From Vitrella brassicaformis CCMP3155 (taxonomy: Eukaryota > Protista > Chromerida), in NCBI GenBank assembly GCA_001179505.1, contig CDMY01000407.1, forward strand, positions 21,386 to 85,385: a stretch of DNA of 64,000 bases, given 5' to 3'. Under the pieces are notes generated by a model. It had not been told where the DNA came from and did no database searches. It saw nothing but the letters and a program-made list of their open reading frames with translations. This document shows positions 48,781 to 59,200 of this stretch, one piece after another. How positions within the stretch are numbered: position 1 is the first letter of the stretch; each line of letters opens with the position of its first letter. The position numbers and the translations under genes were made by a program.

Positions 48781-51700
48781 CTAGTAGCTGCGGGGAAAGC
48801 CGTCGAAGTCGTCACTGAATAGAGACGTAACGATGAATGATAGATCAGTGATCGCCAATGTGTCGTGCATGCAAGGATTGACCTGCGTGGGGGTGCGCTG
48901 CGTTCGCGTCCGCCATCGTAAGGTCGGCTGTATGAGTAGCCGCGGGCTCGGAAGCCGCCGCGGCCGCGGAACGGGCCTGACGGGAAGTGGCTGGGCATGG
49001 GGGGAGGCAGCACCGTCTGGAGCGAGTGTGGGGCGGTCTCGCGCTGCGCCTGTTTGGTGTCGGTGGTCTTGTTGCCACCGTTCTTGCCGTCCTTGCCCTC
49101 GCCCTTGCCCTTGTTAGCACCCGACTCTGACAGTCATACGGCAGAGCACGAGAAGAATGATTCATGCATACACGGATGTGTGTGTGTGAGTGCCTTACCG
49201 AGCTTCTCGATGGTCGATTTCATGAGGTTGACCATCCGCTTTTTAATGTTATTGTTAAACAGACCTTTCTGCATGCCCACGTTGATGCTGCTGAGCACGT
49301 GCAGGAAGCGCCAGGCGTGCTTCTCTTCGAAGGCGACGCGAATGGGATCGGTCGGCTTGCGCAGCAGCAGCTCGCCGTAGCTGTTGATGCTCTTGTGGGC
49401 GTCAAGGGCGATGCTGTAGACGTGGCTGCCGAGGATGCTTGTAAGGTCGCCCATGTGCTCGACTGGCATGTTGGCCGACTCTGAAACAGACACACACAGT
49501 GAGTGTGTCTGTGTCATGCTCTTGTGTGAGTGATGGAGCCTCGTCCGTGTTGTTCCCCTGCTCACCTAAGTCATTGACCATTCTGAACCAACAGCCAGGC
49601 TGCCCAATGTGGATGGCCTTTTCCACTGCAAACACATACAGATCAAAGAGGAATGACTTGATGTACATCCATCCATGCAGATGTGCGTGGGTGGGTGGGA
49701 TGCTTACGATCTGGGTGCTCGATAAGGATGGACTTGAACTCCTTCTCGATCCACTCGTTGGGCAGTGGCGTGAAGGCGGCGAACCTGTTGCTCCTCTGCT
49801 TGGATGGGATGAGCCCCGGGTAGCGGCTGCTCACCTGAGCGAGGTACTCGCTCGCCAGCGTCAGCTGCGTCTTGCTCGTGATGTGGTGTTGGCTTTTGAA
49901 GAACGAAACTGCATACACACGTGCAAGCAGACGGACACGACAATAATGACAGTGTGCGTATGCGCGTGCTGTGTATTGGTGCGTACTGGAGTCCTTGATG
50001 GTGCGATGGTAGGCCGCACTGAGAGGGTCCTAGTCGGCGTGGAAAATCTCGTTCTTGAAGTCCACCACGAATGCGTCGCTGTGGAAGACGAGCTGTTCTC
50101 CGGTTGACAAACCTGACCAACACACACAGCAGCCATCACAGTGTGCGTGTGGTGGTGGTGCTGCTGGTGGTGTATGTATGTGTGCGCGTTGTACCTCAGT
50201 CCGTCTTGAGGTACGCTGCCGATCGGCAGAGCCCTAAGGGTGAGCATGAAAGCCCATCCCACACAAGCACGCGGTAGGCCGGATAAGCTTGATTCGCTCT
50301 GAGCTGGCTGGCGCCGGCCATCTGGTAGTGATATCTCTGGTAGCTCTTGAACTTGTTGTCGAGCAGGACCGCGAACCAGCGGCAGAAGGCCTCCTTTCCT
50401 TCCCACTGCTCGTGGCCATTGAGTCGCTCGTCGAGGATCACCACGTTGCACGCGTAGTTGCCCTTGATGGGTTGCTCGACGCCCCACTGATAGGCACCGA
50501 TCCACAAGCGGTTGAAGGTGTGCTCGTCGAAGACAGTGGCTGAATGGCTGCGGATGGCGTGGTAAGCCGCGGCCGTCTGTTTCTCAATGTTGAGCTTGTA
50601 AAGCTTCACAAACTCTTGGATGCGAGAAGCCGATGGATTGACCGTCTCCATGAAATCCACGAACTTCACGTATACCTCTGACGAACACACAACACAGGCA
50701 GAGAATGAGTTGTGTGTTGTTGATCTGTGTGCCGTGATGCGTCGCATACCAGCAGCGGGCATGGCGCTTTCCATGAGCGTCTCGAGGTTGCTCTTGTCTT
50801 GAGCACTCGATGACGCCGATGCGAGTGCAGTTTCTGATGCACACACAGCATCAGAATGAGAGAGAGATGTGTGAATGTCTTCGCGTGTGTGCGAGGATGC
50901 TCACCAATCTGCATGCCGCTGGATGAGTTGCCGTCTTTCAACGCACCTGCTACAGCCGCAGCGCCTTGAATGTTGCCGCTCGGGGGCGAGTCAGCAGCCA
51001 CACCACCCGCGCGGATACATATCCATGGGTGATGTATGCGCATGGTATGAGTGCCATGTGCCTGACCTAGTCCGCCTTGTCGTTCGGTGGGGACAGCAGA
51101 TTGATCGGCGCAGGAGGCGCCGGCAAAGGCGATTTCATGCCGCCATTGTCATCGTCAACAACCTCGATGTCCATAGCACCTGAGGTGATAAAACACACAC
51201 ACAGAGGACGGGAGTGCTTTGTGTCTGTCATGAAAGAGTGCGTGCACATATTGCTGACGCATCCTTGATGGTGGATAGGGCATTGATCTTGTCGCTGTCC
51301 ATCTTGGTATCTTTGGCCTGGCCGAAGAGAGCACTCATTTTGCCTGATCAGACAGAGCAAACACACAGAGTGGTGAAAGTCACACGATCAATCGATGCTC
51401 GCGGGATGCAAGTAATCGTTGCTGACGAGGATGATCTCACCTTTGGAGAGCTTGTCCTTGCCCTTGTCGTTCTTGCGCTCCTTGCATTTGATAGGCGGGA
51501 TGCGAGGGCGACGCTGATTCTCGGGTGACGACGGATTTCCTGCCTCACTCAGAGACTGCATGTAATGGGGGATGGGAATTGGCGTTCTTTTGGCTGTGTG
51601 GCGCACGCTGTTTGCTTACGTAATGGGTGGATGTGAGCCCTTGATTCGTTCTCCTGCCAATGAGAGCCCATGCTTGTAAAGACAGAGCCAGCCATCTGAC

Positions 51701-53120
51701 TTGGGGCTCGGGGAGACGTCGATTTTTACAGTGCAGAAACGTACTGACTGATGTGGGTTGATGGAAGGCAGTGAGATCCACATGTTGATGGATTTTGTTT
51801 CGGTCGATTGCACCTGCACGAAGAGAAAGAGGCTCAGAGAGAGAACATCCACAGAGGAAAGAATGAGGGAGAATGACGGAGTGGGGTGGCGAAGTGATGT
51901 GATTCGTGGATGTATGTGATGTCCGTAGTAGCCCTGAGCCTCCTGAGTGCGTTTCTTCTCTTCTTGCAGTGTATTTCATGTGCAAGCTTTTACGAGCCGG
52001 TGTGAGCTAAGCTTGCAAAACCAGCACCGAACGGACAACTAACGACGTGCGTGCGCAGACTCGAAACAGCCTCCGTTTGAAAGGATACGTGTCGGCAGTG
52101 AAGATCTTTGATCAACGTGAGTGTTCGTAAGTCCCTCCTCCCCTCTCTGACGAAGTCGCAGATCTGCAGCCTTGCCCCTTCTCGCCAGCAGCCTCGACGT
52201 TCCAGGTATGAAGACACCGGTGCGTGCGTGTGTTGCGTGGTGATCAGGGGGTGGGGAGGGTGCTTGTCATGGAAGCGGGCAGCTCTGGCAGCACGGGAGA
52301 CAGGCGAGTACTTCTCTCAGCGATGTGTCGTGCATCCACCTCCCCTCGTACGAGTCTTTCTTCCGGAAGAGCGAGCGCCCAGGCCGACGCCCATCGGCTG
52401 TTCCCTTGCCAACGCCGGGCGGCGGGCAGCTGCCTTGAGCGGGCCGGGACGAACTGGGTTTATGGCAGGCGGGCAGCCTGCAGCGAACTCGGATGGAAGA
52501 GAGTCCTCGGACGGGACTGATGGACTGTGATGGAGAGAGAGAGAGGGAGGGAGCGAGGAAGTGAGTGAGTGAGACGAGTCAGGTACGAGCAAGCCAGTGA
52601 CACGTTTGATGGGTACATAGCTGTCAGTACAGAGAGAAAGCGAGGCAGCAAGACAGACAGATAGATAGACAGGCGCATGTAGACAGACAGGCAGGAAGGA
52701 GGCATTTCCTCACCATTTGGCTGAGGGCTTATACGGACCTTGTGCAGTTGATCGTCGACTAGACACAGGGCATGATGGATGGATGGTGTGTGTGGGCGAG
52801 AGGCCATGCACACTGATTTACGGATGAGAGTCGTTTTGTCATGGTGACCGACCGACTGACTGACGGGACCGGCCGCTGGGTGCGTGGCGTGCATGTGTGG
52901 ATGGTCAGTGTGACTGTCTTCTCTTGTCGCCGTGCTTCTTGCGTGCGCCCGTCGACTGCCGTCCTGTGGGGGCCTTGCCGCGATCTGTGTCCCTTCCGCA
53001 TGTCTGCGTGCTTCGATTGTCATGCCTGGCTCATGGTTGTCCTTGTGTTGTGTGTGTGGTGTGTTTCAGGTTGTCGAGTTCTCTCGTCAGCTTGGGCTCA
53101 CCGGCCACATCGAGGCATCC
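48781..53120 (-). pseudogene. Multi-exon hypothetical gene with RGG-rich C-terminus and a premature stop ('gene X')
   Basis: Coding-quality exons (EVYVKFVDFMETVNP...WIGAYQWGVEQPIKGNY, SEYLAQVSSRYPGLIP, AWRFLHVLSSINVG, PFRGRGGFRARG). In-frame TAG at 50030-50032 (EIFHAD*DPLSAAY). Exons above ~51560 are uncertain. Confidence 0.6.
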
Positions 53121-53367
53121 ATCAGGTGGGGCGGTCGCTCGTTTTTGTCTGTCTGTTGGTGTCAGGTTGCTCGTTTTGAGTGCCCGAGACCGATTGACTG
53201 ATAGCAAGACTGTGTGGGCTTGTGCTCACCCAGTGTGATTGATTGACAAAGGCTCGTCGCGCCAGCGGCCTGCCATATTGTGATTGAGACCAACGAGGGC
53301 TCTTTGAGCTTATCGTTTATTGCGTGTCGGACTTATTCGTTCGTGCATGTTGGGCTGAAGGCCTTGC

Positions 53368-54393
53368 ATGCTACCAGTCTTTGATCCACACGTCCATCGT
53401 TACCGTTTGCACGGTCAGTTCATTGCAGCAGCAGAAGCTGAGCAGCTCATAGCCGCTGCCCAGCAAGCACAACAGCAACAGCAGCAGCAACCACAGCCGC
53501 CTGCTGGTCCTGCTCCCGTAGCTGACGATCAGCCGATCGATCAGGATCAACCTGTCCAACAAGCACAAGCCGAGCAATTCTTCATCGGTGACTTGGGTGA
53601 CGAGGCAGCCGAAGCCGACGTACCGTGGTTCGGAGAGATGAATCAACAGCAAGTTCAGGGTTTGGTCGATGCTGCCGTGCAGCAGTTGATTCACCAGCCT
53701 CAGGAGGAGGAGAGGCGCATCAAGAGACTTGTTGACATCACCGGCAAGTACAGTCCTGTCCAGGGGCGGGGCGCCACGATGGACAACTGGCAGAAGAAGT
53801 GGCAACAAGGTGTGTTGGCGGTCCAGGGGTTGCAGCCCCGCGACAAGTACTTTGCGTTGATGCGTGCGTTGGAAGGAGACGCGAACGGCGTGTTCTTCCA
53901 AGAGCAGGCCCGCATCCCCATCCCGGGGAACGCTCCCAACATTCAGAACTTGGCAGCGAACAACCCCTACTTCGACAATGTTGTCGATCGCGTCCTTGAG
54001 AAACTCATCGAGCAGTATGGCATCAGTGACTCGTTCGCTCTGGCTCAGGAGGCCATTGTGAAGGAGCCGAGACAGCTGCTGGAGAAGCACCCGAATGCCA
54101 GCATGCAGGAGTTGGTGTCGCTCCTCAAGAAGAGCATCGCAGCGGCTGAGCACCTGAACCAATACACAGAGAGACAGAAGGCTGATATGATTATCGGCCT
54201 ACTGCCCGAGACCATGCAGCACATGGCAAAGCACTCATTGCAGGAGAGTCTTCGCCAGGCCCAGGGCTATGCCAGGGCTCAGAACCACAATGTGCCCAAT
54301 CCTGACCAATTCTACAACATGGAAGCGGCTGAAAGGATGGTCGTTGACATGGAGCGTACTCATGGTGTCGTACCGGCCACCAGCGCCTCGTTG
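53368..54393 (+). CDS. gag: Gag N-terminal part (copy 1, runs into the gap)
   Basis: ATG at 53368. 53685-54393 is near-identical to 54694-55402. Confidence 0.8.
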
Positions 54394-54693
54394 NNNNNNN
54401 NNNNNNNNNNNNNNNNNNNNNNNNNNNNNNNNNNNNNNNNNNNNNNNNNNNNNNNNNNNNNNNNNNNNNNNNNNNNNNNNNNNNNNNNNNNNNNNNNNNN
54501 NNNNNNNNNNNNNNNNNNNNNNNNNNNNNNNNNNNNNNNNNNNNNNNNNNNNNNNNNNNNNNNNNNNNNNNNNNNNNNNNNNNNNNNNNNNNNNNNNNNN
54601 NNNNNNNNNNNNNNNNNNNNNNNNNNNNNNNNNNNNNNNNNNNNNNNNNNNNNNNNNNNNNNNNNNNNNNNNNNNNNNNNNNNNNNNNNNNNN

Positions 54694-56281
54694 GTTGATT
54701 CACCAGCCTCAGGAGGAGGAGAGGCGCATCAAGAGACTTGTTGACATCACCGGCAAGTACAGTCCTGTCCAGGGGCGTGGCGCCACGATGGACAACTGGC
54801 AAAAGAAGTGGCACCAGGGTGTGTTGGCGGTCCAGGGGTTGCAGCCCCGCGACAAGTACTATGCGTTGATGCGTGCGTTGGAAGGAGACGCGAACGGCGT
54901 GTTCTTCCAAGAGCAGGCCCGCATCCCCATCCCGGGGAACGCTCCCAACATTCAGAACTTGGCAGCGAACGACCCCTATTTCGACAATGTTGTCGATCGC
55001 GACCTCGAGAAACTCATCGAGCAGTATGGCATCAGTGACTCGTTCGCTCTGGCTCAGGAGGCCGTTGTGAAGGAGCCGAGACAGCTGCTGGAGAAGCACC
55101 CGAATGCCAGCATGCAGGAGTTGGTGTCGCTCCTCAAGAAGAGCATCGCAGCGGCTGAGCACCTGAACCAATACACAGAGAGACAGAAGGCTGATATGAT
55201 TATCGGCCTACTGCCCGAGAACATGCAGCACATGGCAAAGCACTCATTGCAGGAGAGTCTTCGCCTGGCTCAGGGCTATGCCAGGGCTCAGAACCAGAAT
55301 GTGCCCAATGCTGACCAATTCTACAACATGGAAGCGGCTGAGAGGATGGTCGTTGACATGGAGCGTACTCATGGTGTCGTACCGGCCACCAGCGCCTCGT
55401 TGAGTGTGGGGCCGAGCTATCCAAGTGATCTGCTGGCTCTGCGCAACTCGACAGCTCAGTTGTTTCCCCAGGTGCCCGGCATGCAGACGTCAGGCATGTC
55501 GGTGTCTCGCACTCAAACGCGTGAGCCTCCTCGGTCGCTCAATGAGGTAGCTCTCGCGAGGCAAGTGGACTCCACGCCGACTCGTACCGAGAGGAAGGAC
55601 GAGAAGGCTTCGGCCGAGGTCATGACAGACCTGGTGAAGGCTGTAGGGTCGAGTTTCAGCACCGCTCTCGCACCGTTGAATGAGACCATGCAGCGCGTCC
55701 AGAAGGAGCTGCAACGTGGCAGTGCAGACACGCGTCGCCCGACGGGTGGTCGTGTCTCAGCTCTGGCTGACGTCGATCATGGTGTTGAGGAGTCGGGCGG
55801 GTATCCGACGTATCCTGCCGACGACACGATAGACCAGGAAACGTTCCACTCGGTGTTCAATGCGTTGTCGAGCACGTTGCCGGCCGATCAGGCTGCCAAG
55901 TTCGCTGTGGAAACGGCACGGTCGACTCGGATGCCTGAGCGCATGCGCAACAACACGGCAACTTCACAGAGCAATCAGTGGTACTCGAACCGACGTGACC
56001 GTGACCTGGGCGGCCAGCGCTCGGGATCGCGCGGCTTTACCGGATGTCATTGCTGTGGTGGCGATCACTTCCAGCGTGATTGCCCGGTTGTCTGCCCGTG
56101 GTGCAATGTCAAAGGTGACCATTTGCCTGCCAGGTGTGAGTCGCCTGCCAAGAGACAGTTTGACCAGTTCATGGCTCACGTGAATTCGCAGAGTCGTCAG
56201 TCCTCCGCGTCTCAGGGGTCGATGAACCACCCGAACCAACCTAACTCACACACCAATACTCAGACCAACCAGGGAAACTGA
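54694..56281 (+). CDS. gag: Gag (copy 2, 5' end in the gap) with two Cys/His knuckles
   Basis: CHCCGGDHFQRDC and CPWCNVKGDHLPARC; TGA at 56279-56281. Confidence 0.85.
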
Positions 56282-59200
56282 TTGGCCCCAGGGAGCGGGA
56301 TCATCCTGCTCTGCCTGGGGCTCGTCGGCTTCCTTTGCATACGACTTTGATTTCGTCGCCGTCTGGTCGTGTTTTGGCGACCGATGGTACCGATGTTTAT
56401 GAAGTGCGTGGGGTCATTCCGACGATTCCGAATGACTCTGAGAGAGAAGTGGTTGTTCCGTTCATCGTACCGTCGACTCGTGCAGACGGTGCTTGCACAG
56501 TGAGTGCCTCTGCGGGTCCTCGAGTTCGTTATCAGGCTCATGATGCGATGGCGCCAACAGACTTGATGACGAAAGTGCAAGAGAATGTGACGTATCGTGA
56601 TGTGCTGACCGGAGGTCGTGATTCTCCTCCTGTCCGCATGCCTGTGATGCAAGCGCTGCATCATGTCCTCACTCCACCAGGAGGGCAGGTCGTGATGATG
56701 CGTCGTGTCCTGCGTTCTACGTACCAGCTGAATTTTTCTCCATGTGGTCATCCGTACTATCGGGTGAACAATGACTCCATACCTGAGGGCATGGTGTCTC
56801 GAGAGGTTCGTCATGATGGGTCGATGATTCAATACGACTGTGCCGAGGGCTCGCTGAAGGCGGTGCCTGGGCGTCGTCCGACTCGTCAACTGGACCGGTC
56901 TTTTCTGCCGACGAGAGGATTGACTGGTTTGCGTTCGCACGTCTCTGACACAGAGGGCGGCGAGTGGGACAACTCACGTGACTCAACTCCTGATGGTCGC
57001 CTTGAGTGGATGTCGGAGGGGGACGCGCGAGTGTGTGCTCGTCCGGCCTTGTTTACACATCGTCAGCGTCAGATGGCGCGTGACAAGAGAGCGAAACGTC
57101 TCCGTAAGCAGTTGGGTATGGGAGAGCTGAGTGTCGAGCAAGTCGAGTCGGGTGTGGCTCGTCTTGAGTTGATGGAGACGGCATTTGTATCGCGTGTCAA
57201 TCCGGTTGCTGAGTTGAAGGCTATTGCGTTGCCGACTTGGTCGTACACGTACCATCCGAGTGTCCAGGCTCGTTGTCGTGTGCGCCATCGTAAGATCCCT
57301 GCGTCGATCCGTTGGCCTGGTTGTCAGCCACCCAGGTCGAAGCAGGATTCTGTCGAGTTTCATGATCCGAGGGAGGATGAGACACAGCCTCTGCCTCCGT
57401 CATCGAAGATCAAGAGGCCACGTAAGTGGCATGGGCGTAAGAAGCAGGAGGAGAGAGTGACTTCTGTTGCCGGCGGGGAGTCTCCCTCTTCGTTTTCTTC
57501 CGTGCGTCCTGTACCAAAGAAACAGTCATATAGGCAGACACCGCAGGAATCGTGGTGGTCTTCATCGCTCACCATGCTTCTCGAGGTGTCGCCTTGGGAA
57601 GAGCTCCATCTTCCACCGAATGGATTGGAAGACAGAGCAACTTCGATTCCTTAAGCGACTTCAAGGGTGGAAGGGTCGGCGGCCGAAAGAGAAGAAGGCT
57701 GATGCCGATCGACTCAAACCTCCTTCGTATAGTAGCCTTGACGAAGGGCGTCTCATTGATGAGTTCGTTCGTCGGGGCTATGAAGACTTCAAGGAAGAAT
57801 CGGTTGGTGTTATGCGTACAGGATTCATCCTGACCACTCTTTTTGCGGTCTTGATGGTGTCTTTGTGGGCAGCCAGCTGGTCGAGTTTCGCGTACGTGTT
57901 GGACTCATGGCTTTGGTGGGTTCATCCATTGTTAGCAGTGGTGGCGTACTTCGGTACGCGGCGCCAAGGGTGGATGAGCGAGTGTCTTTCTCCTCGAATA
58001 AAGGCAGGAGCTGAGGCGACATTTCGTGTCTCCTCCACCTTGCTTTTCATCCCGACGCTCCTCAGACCGTTGTTGCACGTGTTGTGGACTCCAGTCTTCG
58101 CTGCGGCGGTGCTGGGGCTGATCTTCTTTTCGTTGATGGCCTTTGTTGGCTGGATGCGAGTGATGATCCTGAATGCAGCCTTAGTAAGAGCGATACAAGG
58201 CGTGCCGTCTAATAGGCCTGCCTGGCTTGTTGCGCTTACTGGAGGAAACTATCGATTCATGTTGCCCATCCGAGTTGTGGGAGGCAAACAGATGCGCTCC
58301 GTGTTGGCTCATTCGTTGGTCGACACGGGGGCTGACAACATTTACATATCGGCATCGCTGTATCGAGCGCTGCGTCGTGCTGGTGCAGTCGGACCGATGG
58401 TACCTGTGCGTAAGCGTTTGAGGGCCGAGGGAGGCCAGGACCTTCGTGTCGAAGGGGGAGCTCAATTTCGATTGCGCCCTCCTCAAAAGCCTCGACCGGG
58501 AGAGTCCACGGTCCCTTCTATCACCTTTGACCTTACGGTCGTGTCGAACATGACCACTGACATGATCTTGGGTGGTGACTTCTTGTATTGTTAGGGGCAG
58601 TCGATGCACTTTCCAACGATGCAGCTGGACTTGATTGACTGGCCGCCGTTGAAGATGTATTTCGCCAAGGAACGAGCGCCGGACACTCATGGTTCTGCTG
58701 CTCATTCCGTCCTTCGTGGGTTGTCCAAGAGACAGAGTGGTTCTCGAGTCCATGTCTCCTCTGCTGCGAGTCCTGAGCAGGGCGAGACCGAAAGCCACGT
58801 TGCGTCTGTCGAAATGGACGACGGGAAGCCGGTTGCTGCACGGACGAGAGCGAAAGCCAAGTCCTCACCAGCCCGCAAACCCGACAAGCAAGATGATAGG
58901 GTCGAGGATGCAACAGCCGCACAAGGTGAGCAGGATCTCGACGAAGATGAGATCGATCGAGCCTTTCGTGAGCTCGATGAAGACGAGCAGAAGCGGAAAG
59001 CCAAAGCGTCGTCTGATGGTCAGAAGAAGAGGCGCGGGAAGCCGAAACCCAAGCCTCGTGTGCGATTGAAGAGGACTGACCCTGTCTTTGCGACAGTGGC
59101 CAAGTCGACAATCCCGGCATGGAGCTTGATGGTTGTTGAGCTTTGCCTTGATGATTCAGAGCATGATGACGGGCAGGAGGGCATGTTGAGTCCCCTGCCT

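Noticed and set aside
48348-53160. 11-bp TGTCTGTTGGT at both the end of the 48 kb LTR homology and the putative PBS, suggesting gene X was inserted with a TSD
   Set aside because: The sequence is microsatellite-like and common in this genome, there are no terminal inverted repeats inside, and the LTR alignment plausibly continues past it.
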